Shown: positions 26,601-37,155 of the stretch, one piece after another
Position numbering within the stretch: the first letter of the stretch is position 1
How the letters are laid out: every line of letters begins with the position of its first letter
Assembly (NCBI GenBank): GCA_965218435.1
Contig: CBDCKW010000005.1
Coordinates: 448,001 to 512,000, forward strand
Direction of reading: 5' to 3'
Source: Truepera sp.
Lineage (GTDB): Bacteria > Deinococcota > Deinococci > Deinococcales > Trueperaceae
DNA length: 64,000 nucleotides
The notes under the pieces: generated by a model
Database searches by the model: none
Seen by the model: the letters and a program-made list of their open reading frames with translations, nothing else
What the model was told of the DNA's origin: nothing
Made by a program: the position numbers and the translations under genes

Positions 26601-29550
26601 TCCCAGCGAAGATGACTATTATGCGTGGCGGACTGGAGTCGACCATCTTCTAGAGTATCTGTCAAGAGTATCAGAACTGACCGCCCTCAAAAACCTAAAG
26701 CTTTGCGTACGTGCCGAGCATATGAGAGCCCTTCTTCACAGCCCTATCCAGCTTGAGCGAGTGCTTGACTGGCTCGTTACCAAAGGGCACCGGTGGGTGC
26801 CACAGGAGGAGCAAAACGCTATTTTAGAGGTTCTCGAAAGCTGGATCATGCCCATGCGCGAGCATTTTTCAACGCGCGCGCAACTCCTCAGCCGCCTCGC
26901 GGAGCTGGCCGCCCTGTTCGGCCAGGCAGAGCGCGCTGAGGCGCTGCTCCGGCGTGGCGCGGCGAACCTGCTCGGCTACGGTTTCCATAAAGATGCGTTG
27001 CTGTACGAGGTCATGAACGCGCTAAGCGCAGCGCACACCGCGGAATACCCTGACTACGAAAGAGATCTGCTCAGGATCGCGCCGCTGGTCGATGCAATGC
27101 CCGAGGTGACGGACGGGGACGAGACGCGGGGGTTCGGCCTAGACCTCCACAAGGGGTTACGGCAGGCGGGATCCGGCACCGCCAACAAGCTCGCCCTTCG
27201 TTACAGCGCCGAGGAGGACGTCTTTAGCTTCGACAGGGCAATAGCCCACATGCTCGGAGCGGCCGCACCTGACGACCCGGTGGCTCACGCTATGGCACAT
27301 ACGCTCACAAGCGATATCGGAGCGGCGAAAGAATTCTTTGGAAGACGCCTGAGCTACCTGCGCCAGAATGATGTTGATAGTGCGCCTCGAGCTGAAGCCG
27401 CCTACAGGCGGTGGCTCGAAGTTGAGTGCCCACCGAACCTCCGTGGCGAGCCTGAGGTGCGTCAACCAGAACGCGCATATGAAGGCGAACCCTTGCCGGA
27501 GAAGCTCGAGCGATTAACAGGACCGGCGGACCTACTTTCCTTGATTCAGGATGAACCCAGCTTCGTTTTCGATTATTCGACCTCTCCATGGATTACGCAT
27601 TTAATCCTGATATGGGAAGCAGATCGAGTTAAGGTGAACCGATCGGACGCGCGGACCCTTGCTCGAGTTTTTCTGAGCGACGAACGCTCTCGCGTTAGGT
27701 ATGACCTCTACGACGCGCTGCACACCATGCTCTGGCGCATTGGGGAGCGTCAACTTGCATTTGAGGCTCTCGTAGTGGCGCACTCTGAGGCGTGGGGTTG
27801 GTCGCGCTATATGACCTCATTCGAGGCCAACTCGGCTCGTATAGACCTCGTACTGGAACGTTTTCCGGGAGACTTCCTCACTTTTATCGTTCGAACGGCC
27901 CGTAGCGGCGGCGCGGTTATGTCGACAGGCCGAATTGTAGAGGCCCTGATCCGCGGAGGCAACCGAAGCCTCGCGTTCGACATCGTGCGGTCGTTCGTCG
28001 ATTTCGCGACCACGCTCAGGGCCGACCTAAACCTGCACCAGCCCGACTGGATAGAGGGACCAGAGGTTTCCGACGCCATCATCCTCTTCGAGCGGCTTGC
28101 ACATACCGAAATCGCCGTCCGGGAGCGAGCGGCACACGCTGTGGCGGACCTCATCAGTGAGCAGCCACAGGTGTGTGGTGCCCTTGCGTCGTGGCTATGT
28201 GATCAGCAGCAGGAGACGCGAACTTACGCCGGTCTGCTCGCTCTCACGCTCGCGTCCCAGCGGAAGCACGTGCCTATAGCGGACGTACTTCCGCGACTGC
28301 AAGCTCACTTGCGCGGTATGAGCGTCACCGCTCAGCTCCTATTCGACGTGCTCTCTGCAAATGCCGGGTGGGCACGCTCGCCTGACCGCCAACCTCCTAG
28401 CTTGCTTTTCAACGAACCCGATATGTCTACACCCCCGGAATGGTTTGAGAAATCACTTGCGAACTGGCCGGGCTTTGTGGAATGGTTGAGGGAGATAGAG
28501 AGCACAGCGCCAGGGTTGACGGTAAACGTATGGCGGTTCGCGCGCACGTTAGGGCTAACAGAAGGCATGGTGGACGAGAGCAACCAGCTTCTACGTCGTT
28601 ACGTCGATTATCGGAAACGTTTTCAGAGCTATATCTACCCTCGTGCTCGCGACGTCTTGGAGTCATCCTTAAGTCTCGCGCTGACGCACAGGCTCCAAAC
28701 CGCTGGGGTAGACGATGAAGCTATACTTCTACAGCTAGAAAGACCTCCTGTCGATCCCTTTCTCGAGCAGCTTGAGATCGACCCTAAACCTACCTGGCTT
28801 CCCCGACCCGGTAAGCAGGAGAGAGGGCTTACGACGTGGTCCGCTCAAGCGGAATCCGAAGTAAGAGCACAACTTACTTTGGATAAGGTAGGGGACACTA
28901 TTCTCTCCCTCGATGCGGGGCTGGTCGAGGGAGATGGCGAGACGTTGTGGCGTGCCGAGGCGATCGCATTCCTCCATAAAACGCGGGGAATCTTGCCGCA
29001 TGCTCAAGATCTGTGGGAAAGACTCGAGAACCTAACCGCGGGTTCGGTAGCACCTCTTTCGTGGCGACTTGGAGGGGAAGGAGACATTGTCTCGTTTCCT
29101 TCTGACGGCTCGTTTATAATGCGCGGGCTCGAGGTGCTTCCCTTGGTAGGAACGCTGCGCACGCAGGGCGGCTACTGGCATCAGCTCGCGCTGAGCACAA
29201 ACATGCGTATTCCGTTGCTCGACCATGGTTTTTTTGACGATCTGATCCCTGTTCTATCCGACGGACACCTTAGTTACCGAGACAGGGCGAAGAATGCCGA
29301 GCGGATCCGGATGAGTATTTGGCAAGACGGGATGCTCAGCAGGTTGTTCAGCGGTGTGGCTGCTAATAACTGCGGCAGTTTTTTGTCGGTCGACGCAAGG
29401 TACTTAAACGGCCGATTAGACGGCAGTGGCTGGTCCCTAGGTTGGGCACTCTCGAGTCGGACACAAGTGCGGCAAGGTTACCAGGACGAACTCGCGGAGG
29501 CAAAATGTTTCGAGCTTATCAATGTGTCTTCCATCATAAGACGTTTCTAG
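23635..29550 (+). CDS. giant STAND/NACHT NTPase with N-terminal PD-(D/E)xK-type nuclease (Avs/NLR-like defence protein)
   Basis: 1971 aa; GDDY..SLDDV..YIQAKY nuclease, Walker A GAPGSGKS, Walker B IILDGLDH, GNPLYL, long helical C-terminus. Confidence 0.8.
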   Translation: MTFERRRTASKNLGDDYRDVIGLEYLIEMVRAPEDVLWVSFEADDAGSLDDVYVGRTEGVEYIQAKYAVEPGEWSLEDLLEREDGPRARSLLQKWVDSWRKVRSLGHAYTLTVRTRRRPNSELAALFEGNTLSTRILDGESFGVEKAAVFGHLGEHGYEAADIRRFLGELRFDFEGVDVEAKRNDLKRAFLALGAEEENWLALLDALRTWVRYKQPGSDGLVRLGDMRKAARLWSPEEVRLPQDFPLDATIYILDYGRRRQVETLLEEAAGSMTLLRGAPGSGKSSFLSWLAGNPPMGVNHVFRHHCFLGLEDDTAGARLDADRAALALLAEVVTAARELISEPEKNNPAALERALQEVAAAVHADGGKVLIILDGLDHVVREHDLEEARRLLNYLPSPAPEGLHILIGTQPVQDLLAPRFQRTPNTEVWVDGFSLEGTAAYLMAHAQQHIDDTLVQAVHEKSDGNPLYLHYLVEATVGAGEVLTDRAVARLPAYGGDIAAYYHALWNRPNSGPVSDREAGEAVRLLLALLGWASFALPREDLGYFARQLGVPVVQLSAALRDATHLLDRRRLEQGTLRLYHESLRRFVREQDEAKTYRETALEALLSWVKERADTATRWSAEWELELLLGNPEPLLAGVTRDWAIASLDAHRPHQRLLELSQLAVEVAADAGDLAELLRRGWLLHYVGEATGHERRDAAGFHLSARVSNGMSRDELTNILASKNVYGAQSLAALAHAAFRDGSTEAPRQLLDMLEHQHRKDEAFLTTLFKLLAYAEIGPAGVLTYYITNLKHTKSTVRFNQDSPYRWRSGFRTYLDTLTLTGQEEALRHVGEAEDLSLADRQTVYDAQLSLVVSEERVEDAVSFVNQGTRSAYGQCVALALGLTTLPPEGETLLRRDPAPREVRYNDDAGWSSDHLQLVWSSVWWAAHGRHEALEAEAERLEGLGIHGCFLNYLIRLGMRVHASLETSSELDLSAVIAELQSLVHPKYPSEDDYYAWRTGVDHLLEYLSRVSELTALKNLKLCVRAEHMRALLHSPIQLERVLDWLVTKGHRWVPQEEQNAILEVLESWIMPMREHFSTRAQLLSRLAELAALFGQAERAEALLRRGAANLLGYGFHKDALLYEVMNALSAAHTAEYPDYERDLLRIAPLVDAMPEVTDGDETRGFGLDLHKGLRQAGSGTANKLALRYSAEEDVFSFDRAIAHMLGAAAPDDPVAHAMAHTLTSDIGAAKEFFGRRLSYLRQNDVDSAPRAEAAYRRWLEVECPPNLRGEPEVRQPERAYEGEPLPEKLERLTGPADLLSLIQDEPSFVFDYSTSPWITHLILIWEADRVKVNRSDARTLARVFLSDERSRVRYDLYDALHTMLWRIGERQLAFEALVVAHSEAWGWSRYMTSFEANSARIDLVLERFPGDFLTFIVRTARSGGAVMSTGRIVEALIRGGNRSLAFDIVRSFVDFATTLRADLNLHQPDWIEGPEVSDAIILFERLAHTEIAVRERAAHAVADLISEQPQVCGALASWLCDQQQETRTYAGLLALTLASQRKHVPIADVLPRLQAHLRGMSVTAQLLFDVLSANAGWARSPDRQPPSLLFNEPDMSTPPEWFEKSLANWPGFVEWLREIESTAPGLTVNVWRFARTLGLTEGMVDESNQLLRRYVDYRKRFQSYIYPRARDVLESSLSLALTHRLQTAGVDDEAILLQLERPPVDPFLEQLEIDPKPTWLPRPGKQERGLTTWSAQAESEVRAQLTLDKVGDTILSLDAGLVEGDGETLWRAEAIAFLHKTRGILPHAQDLWERLENLTAGSVAPLSWRLGGEGDIVSFPSDGSFIMRGLEVLPLVGTLRTQGGYWHQLALSTNMRIPLLDHGFFDDLIPVLSDGHLSYRDRAKNAERIRMSIWQDGMLSRLFSGVAANNCGSFLSVDARYLNGRLDGSGWSLGWALSSRTQVRQGYQDELAEAKCFELINVSSIIRRF

Positions 29551-29721
29551 TGGGGTTACGTTTTTCGCTGATTCGAAGGTGATCTCCAAATGCCTAACTA
29601 AATAAGAACCCCTGTGCCTATATCGCATCCGCTTCACCGGATGGGGTTTTGGGAATAAGCATTCTTGTCAGGAGGATGTGCAGGGGCTGCTCTGTCTTAG
29701 GCGCAAATTCTCACACCTACT

Positions 29722-32700
29722 GTGGCCAGAAAGCTCAGATTACAGAACCGTTCTGATATTTTGAAGACCGTGCAGTATTTTAGGAATGAGAAGCCTTATC
29801 AGTGGCCCCGCTACTGGTATCCGCGCGAAACAGCGATAGATATCAAGGAAGGCTTTCTCTATCTTCCAGAGGGCCGGTATGCCGCTTATCAGACGTCCGC
29901 TGCCAAAAGCCTAACAGCGCTCCATAAGCATAATTGCCTTATCTTGCTTGGTGAACCTGGTATAGGTAAAACCTACACCTTAAAGAACTACCCTATTGCT
30001 GAAGGTGCGCAACTTCTTCACGTTGACCTTGGCGAATTAAGCACAAAAGAGGAAGTGTCGCAACAAATCTTTCAGGATCATCGCTTCCGATCTTGGAGTG
30101 AGGGGCGTCATGATCTCCACCTCCTACTCGATAGCTTTGACGAGTGCCATCTGTCTTTGGGAACGCTGGGACATGTACTTGTTAACGAGTTCCGAAAGGC
30201 TCTTGGTTTTGCTAACGTTTCGGAGGCTGAGTACCGAGCATTCAAAAAGGCTCATCCTGAGCCCTACGCTGACCTCGAGCCGTTCACTCAAATGGTAGAT
30301 CAAGCGAGATGGCGTATCGACTTGGAAGCGTTACAGAAAGATGAATCGGTATCGTCTGAGGTACATACTTGGTTGTACGACAAAATGCCGTTATCCCGCC
30401 TTCACCTTCGAATTGCCTGTCGCACCGCCGACTTCCCACCGACATTCTATGAGCGCCTCAAAGAACTCTTTGGTTCTGTGGAGATCTTTGTTTTAGCACC
30501 CTTGCGCCGTAACGATGTATATATCGCGGCGGAGCAGCATAACATCGACGCTGAGGCGTTCCTAGACGAGGTCCAGCGCAGCGGGTTTGGCCCGCTGGCG
30601 TCTGTACCGGTCACACTAAACCTGCTTCTAAGCGAATTCAGGACGTCGGGAACACTCGAGGTGCAAGGTGAACATCCCTTCGTCAGCGGTGGTAGGCGGT
30701 TATGTCAAGAGTTGAATCAAAGTCGCCTAGACACCTACCGTAGCAGCTTGGTTAGCCCAGAACGGTGCTTCATGGTTGCAGCTCGAATCGCGGCTTTACT
30801 GACCTTCTCCAATAAAGATACTGTCTTTACCGGAGATGTCATAGAAGCTATGGAGGACGAACTGCTGCTACAAGATATCTGCGGTCACTCTGAACAGGCT
30901 CATCAAGAGTCCTTCACCGTTGACGAGGCCATCGCTAAAGAAACTCTACGCCGCGGTCTTTTTGCTGACCGTGGTAGATCTCGTCGTGGGTTTCTTCACC
31001 GGCAGTTTCGCGAGTATTTAGCCGCTTGGTACTTAAGCGAGCGGCAGCTCCCCGTTAAACAGATGCTAAACCTTCTTGAACATCCGGTAGATGGTGAGAT
31101 CGTACCACAGCTTGCGGAAACAGCTGCTGCTTTAGCGTCGCTTGTCCCAGGCGTATATTCCCATTTTCTGGCGAAAGACCCGACAATTCTCGTCCGGGGC
31201 AACCTATCTAATCTTGAGGAGCAAGAACGAGCCAGTTTAGTTGAGGCTCTCATACGAAAATTTGAAAGTAGTGGCCCTCCCACTGCCGACGATTCGCTGT
31301 ACGGACAACTCTGGAAGGTACGTCATAAGGATTTGGCAACGCAGCTTGTGCAGCTCCTTGACCCACTACAATATCGAGATAAAGACTACAAACGCTTCGC
31401 CCTACGTTTTGCCTGGTACGTTAAGCTTGAGGAGCTCTCAGAGCGAACGGCGACTATTGCGCTAGACCCGCATGAAGCTGAGGACGTTAGATATCTCGCG
31501 GCTATGGCAGCAGCTCAGCTCGGTAGCGCCCAAATCCGACGTTCGTTGCAGACGCTACTCGAGGAGAATGATCCACTTGATGAGTTCAAGGGCATCGTCC
31601 TGAAGGCGCTGTGGCCGGAGCATCTTAGTGCAGCACAGTTGTTCACGCACCTCACACCACCTAAACGCTCAAGCTTACTCGGAAGCTACAAAATATTCCT
31701 CGGAAATTTTTCGACGGATCCTAGTGAACCTGCCGGTTTTGTGGAGTTCCTCAAGCCAGAGGATCTTCCCACTGCGCTTGACTGGTTGGCAGAGAACGAA
31801 AGAACAAACTACACAGATGACGATTTTCGTGAAGCGGGTGACGGCATCATGCTTAAAGCGTGGCGAGCATTTGACCGCTCGGAGATTGCCGAGCGATTCG
31901 CTCGCCACGCTTTGCGGCGTCTTAATGGACATCTACGGATCGTAGGCAATGCGCAAAACAATTTCGAGAACGCCTTCACCGAAAATTTACGTCTTGAACC
32001 TGAGAAACGGCTACAACTCGTTAAGCTGCTCATCTCGGAACGCGATAGAAACTTTAGGACGTCGTTGCTAATCACTTATCACCCACCGCTCATCGAAAGA
32101 CATAAACGTGACGTAATGTGGCTGCTGGAGCATCTCAAGCAGACCTTAGACCCAGTTGAACGCTCTACCATTTTAACCTTGTTGCCTTATCTCCTTGACG
32201 AGAACAATCCTAGCGTTCGGGATCTTATTCTGTTTGCCGCACATCAAGACCAAGAGCTTACTGACGCGTTGGGCCTACGACCGATTAATTTAGATTCTGA
32301 AGTGGCCAAGCAGGCACGTAAGCATCTTGAGCAACGAGAAGCATACTCGCAGCAGCGCGCCGTTCAGGAGAAGTCCGACATCAGCGTCTCGAATCCGTTA
32401 AGCAAGATGCGAGAGGCTCTTGACGACTTTGAGGCTGGTCGCATAGCTGCTTGGAGCGATGTGCTTTTTTACATGTCGATGAAACCAGGTGGCAACGCCT
32501 ACACTAGAGAATTTAATCTTTACGTTGACACGCACCCGGGTTGGCAACGGGCTGACAAAAAACTCAAGACGCGCATTCTCGGAGCAGCCCGAAATTATCT
32601 CAGCAGCTTTTCGGCAGCCCAGGAAGCGCACGCCTCGTGGATACATCCACTCGACTTCCCTGGCTACCGTGCGCTGCGGCTCCTCTTTAGCGCTGATGCT

Positions 32701-34170
32701 GCCACCGCAAACACCTTACCTGGCAGCGTCTACCAAGCTTGGATCCCTTCAATACTTAATGCAGATGGGCCCTCCACTAGCTCTCTAGTCAAGGAAATTG
32801 ACCTTATATGTAAAATTTACGCTAAATTTCCACAGCAACTTCTAGAAGCCGCTTGCGGTCTTTTACAAACCCAAGGAGCCGACGGAAACTCGTTCTCAGT
32901 CTTCAATAAACTTGAGGGATGCTGGGATGAGCGTGCCACACAAGCATTCGAGCCGCTGTTGGCAGCCAAGAGTTTGGCGGCTGAGACCCGGTTCGTTGTC
33001 CTGTCTGAACTGCTCAAGCACGACAGTGAGGTGGCTAGGCAGTTTGCTAGTGCTCATCTTCGGCAACCCCTAAACGAAGAGGATGACAAGGTCTTTTCAG
33101 CTCGAGCTGTGGCCGTCGCCCTTTATGTGTCCGCTCCTGATCGTGGTTGGTCGCTGCTCTGGCCACTTATTCAGGCCGATGACACTTCCGGCACAGCATG
33201 GCTGGACGAACTTATCGACCGCTATCCTCATCACTGGTATTCGCCTATCAAACTCGAAGAGAACAGCCTTGCAGACCTCTATATCTGGGTTTCGCAGCGC
33301 TATCCTCATGCAGAAGATCAGCACCATGAAGGTATTTATACTCCAAACCACCGTGACCGACTAACCAGTTTTCGCGATAGCCTCCTTCGAGAATTAGAAG
33401 TTCGGGGAACGCGGGGGGCAGTCGCAGCTTTGGAGCGGGTGATGCAGACGTTTCCCGACCTAGACTGGATGCCTCAAGCTGTTCAAGCTGGTGCTGAGGC
33501 GATGCGCCGACGTTCACCTTGGTGGCACCAAGCCAAAGACTTTTTAGAGCTTGTAGCGATAGCGGAAAAGCGGTTTGTGCGTTCTGTTGACGAGCTGGCT
33601 GACGTCGTCCTCGAGTCGCTCGAGCGGCTGGAAATGAGACTCCAGCGTCAAGAGACGCCACTCGCTTCTTATCTATGGAACGAGTGGCGTGGTGAAAAGG
33701 GAGCCGACGGGAAAAAAGAGCTCAGGTTTAAGCCAAAGGACGAGGAGAGCTTTTCCGACTGGGTTAGGGTTCACCTACATGATGATTTAGCCGGGCGAGG
33801 CATCATAATCGGTCGGGAAGTAAAAATAAGTAAGGGTGAGCGAACCGATATCCATGTTTCTACTTTCAAAACGCAACATAACAGCAAGCAACGGGAGCTT
33901 TTGAAGGTCATTGTCGAAGTTAAAGGGTCATGGCATCCTGAGCTTGATACAGCTATGCAAACGCAACTTCTTGAGCGCTATCTGCACGGTGCAAGCTGTG
34001 CTCGAGGAATCTACCTAGTGGGCTGGTTTCATTGCGAAAAGTGGAAGGGATCCAAGCTCAAAAGCAAGGATATATATGCTTGGCGGGATAGGATGGCAGA
34101 ACAAGCACAAGCACTGTCTACCGAAGGCTATCGTGTAGATTCAGTTGTTATAGACGCCACGTACCGCTGA
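29722..34170 (+). CDS. STAND/NACHT NTPase with C-terminal REase-like nuclease (Avs2-like architecture)
   Basis: 1482 aa; GEPGIGKT, LLDSFDE, IACR, FLHRQFREYLAA, HEAT-like repeats; C-terminal DEE..SD, REV, RTDI, IVEVKG.W, QLL.RYL. Confidence 0.8.
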   Translation: MARKLRLQNRSDILKTVQYFRNEKPYQWPRYWYPRETAIDIKEGFLYLPEGRYAAYQTSAAKSLTALHKHNCLILLGEPGIGKTYTLKNYPIAEGAQLLHVDLGELSTKEEVSQQIFQDHRFRSWSEGRHDLHLLLDSFDECHLSLGTLGHVLVNEFRKALGFANVSEAEYRAFKKAHPEPYADLEPFTQMVDQARWRIDLEALQKDESVSSEVHTWLYDKMPLSRLHLRIACRTADFPPTFYERLKELFGSVEIFVLAPLRRNDVYIAAEQHNIDAEAFLDEVQRSGFGPLASVPVTLNLLLSEFRTSGTLEVQGEHPFVSGGRRLCQELNQSRLDTYRSSLVSPERCFMVAARIAALLTFSNKDTVFTGDVIEAMEDELLLQDICGHSEQAHQESFTVDEAIAKETLRRGLFADRGRSRRGFLHRQFREYLAAWYLSERQLPVKQMLNLLEHPVDGEIVPQLAETAAALASLVPGVYSHFLAKDPTILVRGNLSNLEEQERASLVEALIRKFESSGPPTADDSLYGQLWKVRHKDLATQLVQLLDPLQYRDKDYKRFALRFAWYVKLEELSERTATIALDPHEAEDVRYLAAMAAAQLGSAQIRRSLQTLLEENDPLDEFKGIVLKALWPEHLSAAQLFTHLTPPKRSSLLGSYKIFLGNFSTDPSEPAGFVEFLKPEDLPTALDWLAENERTNYTDDDFREAGDGIMLKAWRAFDRSEIAERFARHALRRLNGHLRIVGNAQNNFENAFTENLRLEPEKRLQLVKLLISERDRNFRTSLLITYHPPLIERHKRDVMWLLEHLKQTLDPVERSTILTLLPYLLDENNPSVRDLILFAAHQDQELTDALGLRPINLDSEVAKQARKHLEQREAYSQQRAVQEKSDISVSNPLSKMREALDDFEAGRIAAWSDVLFYMSMKPGGNAYTREFNLYVDTHPGWQRADKKLKTRILGAARNYLSSFSAAQEAHASWIHPLDFPGYRALRLLFSADAATANTLPGSVYQAWIPSILNADGPSTSSLVKEIDLICKIYAKFPQQLLEAACGLLQTQGADGNSFSVFNKLEGCWDERATQAFEPLLAAKSLAAETRFVVLSELLKHDSEVARQFASAHLRQPLNEEDDKVFSARAVAVALYVSAPDRGWSLLWPLIQADDTSGTAWLDELIDRYPHHWYSPIKLEENSLADLYIWVSQRYPHAEDQHHEGIYTPNHRDRLTSFRDSLLRELEVRGTRGAVAALERVMQTFPDLDWMPQAVQAGAEAMRRRSPWWHQAKDFLELVAIAEKRFVRSVDELADVVLESLERLEMRLQRQETPLASYLWNEWRGEKGADGKKELRFKPKDEESFSDWVRVHLHDDLAGRGIIIGREVKISKGERTDIHVSTFKTQHNSKQRELLKVIVEVKGSWHPELDTAMQTQLLERYLHGASCARGIYLVGWFHCEKWKGSKLKSKDIYAWRDRMAEQAQALSTEGYRVDSVVIDATYR

Positions 34171-34704
34171 AGGGTGCGCTCACGTTTCTTGCGCCAGTGT
34201 TTCGGTCACTTGCGATACGTTTATGAAAATGACGTGGCTGAAGACGTATTAGAGTAACGCTGGCTTTGCGACTTTTACGTTGGAAACGTCTGGCTGAAAC
34301 GGCATCGCAAAACCTTTAGACGGCGGCCGCAAAACCGGGGCTCGAGCCTTCTTGCCGAGAGCTTAGTTTAATACCCCATATAAAAGGTCAGGCTTTAGCC
34401 TTACAGATACGCCCGAGTCTTCAAGCCGAGACCTAAGCCACCTAGCTCGAGCCCGCTAAATCCTTAAAAAAATTAAGCAGCCACCTCTAAAAATTTGTTT
34501 GGAGAATTTTTTGCCTATTCTCTAAAATATAGACGCATAACACTCTGTATTTTCGGTCAATAGGGCGTGTGCAAATGTTAGTTTGACAAGTATTTAGATA
34601 CGAGCAAATTAGCATGGTAAAATTGTTATGAAAAACCTTCAGCAAAGCCGAATAGGGCTTTGTCCTTGATCAATAACAATGAAAAACTTATCTCAGGAGA
34701 AATC

Positions 34705-35310
34705 ATGAAAAGCATTTACTTAATTATTGCAACTGGTATTTTATCTGGGGCCGTTTCTGCTCAAAATGTCAACCTATTTCAAGGAACTATCAATGATCAG
34801 AAGGCGTGTGAGCTAACTATTGATCAAGCGACTGACTTATTGGGTAGACCTAGTGCAGTAGAGGAGGCTCCATTCGAGGAGCTGGCAGCAATTGTTGGCC
34901 CTACACTTTATTACCAAGACGAAGGCATCGAGTTAACGTTCAACGGTCCACAGATAGATCCCGATGAAAAGATTTCTGCCGCCTCTTTCTATCTTACAGA
35001 AGCCACAAACGAATCGACGATGAGTATGACTCCGAGACTCTTTCAACCATTTAAGGGCAAACTCACTCCTTCGGTTAACCCAGATATGAAAGTAGACGAT
35101 ACGGAAACGCTTTTGAAAGAATCAGGTTTTTACTACGAAACAGTTTCTCCAGAACAAAGCCAAGCGTCCATCGAAGAGGCTACCGGTGAACCTGCCACAG
35201 GCCCCTTCTCGTGGCGGGTTCAAGCTCGAAATGGAGATATCTGGTCCAACTATTCACATAAGGGCGTTACTGGGTTCTTAGAACAGGTTTACTTCACTTG
35301 TGAAGGCTGA
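34705..35310 (+). CDS. secreted hypothetical protein
   Basis: AGGAGA RBS; signal peptide MKSIYLIIATGILSGAVSA|Q. Confidence 0.7.
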   Translation: MKSIYLIIATGILSGAVSAQNVNLFQGTINDQKACELTIDQATDLLGRPSAVEEAPFEELAAIVGPTLYYQDEGIELTFNGPQIDPDEKISAASFYLTEATNESTMSMTPRLFQPFKGKLTPSVNPDMKVDDTETLLKESGFYYETVSPEQSQASIEEATGEPATGPFSWRVQARNGDIWSNYSHKGVTGFLEQVYFTCEG

Positions 35311-35727
35311 AGCTTCCTTCCCAGGCACCAGAGAGAACCTGGCGAAGCGGTTGGTATCTATTTTCTTGTTGTCTACCAGTTTAGTAATGGCGCAGAGTAA
35401 TTTGTCCTAAGGGTTGCTGGAATGCTCTGCCATATCTAATGTGGAGGATCGCTTAGCGTACTACGACGCCGTCTACTGCGCAAAATACGTGCTAAGCACG
35501 GTTCCCTAAAATAGAAGGTCTAACTACACGACTTCTGTGGTTTCAAGATGACCACAGTGAGCGGCATAACAGCTCTAACAGTCATATCAGCATGTCGGGC
35601 TTTGATTTGTTCGCCTCATCTTCCACTGAAGTCAATTACCAGCGACTGGCCTTATTAAGTTTTCTTTAAGCTTAGTAACTTAGCCTTTGCTAAACTAGCA
35701 CCGAGCACATCACATCATGGAGGCTGT

Positions 35728-37155
35728 ATGCGGCGGATTAGGTGGGTCTACGGATTAGGTTTAGCACTAATGTTAGCGTCTACTCTCGGTGCATGTCAGC
35801 AGGAGAGTGTCAGTACGGGGCCAAGTTCTGACTTGCCAAATATGCCCGGTAGCCCCATTGACTTCACTACCGACCCTAGCATTCTGCGAGGTAAGTGGAC
35901 CGGCGTTGGCGTAAGCGATAACTACGGCGAGACCGCTTTCAGTAGAGATGGGACACTGTTCGTTGCCTGCACCCAAAAAAGTCTGAGCGTTCGGGAGGTT
36001 GCAACGAACACCGAGCGCTTTGGTGTGCCGTGCGTTCAGCCGCTGAGCATGAGCTTCAGCCCCGATGCGAGCTTGTTGGTACTGCGTGATTCACAAATGA
36101 TACGTGTGCTCTCTGCTGAGTCGGGAGAGATGCTCGCTAGCGCCGAATCAAAGACGCTGCCTTACCGCATCACGAACACGCCAGTGTTCAATCCTGAGGG
36201 TTCCCTGTTTGTAACCGACGAGGGGTTCGTAACCAATGAGAGTGAGAAACAGCAACTGCGCCTCTGGCAGTTGACCAAAGAGGCTGATGGGGGGGTCGTG
36301 TTAGCGCCGGGCGCTCCGTTGGGTGCAGGTGGAGGAGTTACTGACGCAGCCTTTAGCTTCGACGGTCGTTACGTCGCCGTTGCTGAGGACGGTCAAATCG
36401 GCCTTTGGAGGGTTGAAGATGGACAGCTCGTCCGTCAGTACAGTAACAACGACAGCACTTACTCCGTCGCTTTCGGCGCTGATAATAGCATCTATATAGG
36501 AGGCGAAAAGACTATCCGCCGCGTCTCACTGACCGGTGACCCGCTTGGTAGCTTTCAGACCGGTGACTTCCATGCCAAGCCGGTGGTCAGCCCCAATGGG
36601 CGGTACCTGATAAGCAACACAAGCAGCTCATCCAATAGGAACCTGCGAATATGGGCTACGGCGGGTGGCGAGCAGGTGACAACCCTCAAAGTCGAACCAC
36701 CTACTGACCCCAACTACGGCTACTTTTATAAACTCGCATTCGACGACGAGCAGAATGTCTACGTCGCCTCGGGCTACGGCGGCGTAACCCGTTACAACCT
36801 CGGTGACGGCACTTCACAAGTCCTGTTGCGGGCTGAGCCATTCACCGTCGCACTTGACCTCACAGCGACTTATGTGGACAAGACCTCTTACAACGTCACT
36901 GGTACCTTTAGGTTTGGTGATAGAACGCCATTACCGGTCGCTGGGAGCGTATGTGTCCCCGAGGGACTAAAGGTGGAAAGCGAAGCACTCGCGGTACTTA
37001 CCTCTCCAAGTATTTGTGAGGTCTATCTATCGGTTGGAGACGATCAGAGGCCTACTTGGACAATTGGTGGTTGGGCACCTTCCGGCTCGCCGCCTGCATC
37101 GGCCTTGACCGTAACCCAAGGTAAGGAGCACTACCGCTTTTGGCTAACTCGTTAG
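35728..37155 (+). CDS. WD40/beta-propeller lipoprotein
   Basis: Lipobox LGAC; repeated FS.DG / FSPD / SPNG..L, LW motifs. Confidence 0.8.
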   Translation: MRRIRWVYGLGLALMLASTLGACQQESVSTGPSSDLPNMPGSPIDFTTDPSILRGKWTGVGVSDNYGETAFSRDGTLFVACTQKSLSVREVATNTERFGVPCVQPLSMSFSPDASLLVLRDSQMIRVLSAESGEMLASAESKTLPYRITNTPVFNPEGSLFVTDEGFVTNESEKQQLRLWQLTKEADGGVVLAPGAPLGAGGGVTDAAFSFDGRYVAVAEDGQIGLWRVEDGQLVRQYSNNDSTYSVAFGADNSIYIGGEKTIRRVSLTGDPLGSFQTGDFHAKPVVSPNGRYLISNTSSSSNRNLRIWATAGGEQVTTLKVEPPTDPNYGYFYKLAFDDEQNVYVASGYGGVTRYNLGDGTSQVLLRAEPFTVALDLTATYVDKTSYNVTGTFRFGDRTPLPVAGSVCVPEGLKVESEALAVLTSPSICEVYLSVGDDQRPTWTIGGWAPSGSPPASALTVTQGKEHYRFWLTR

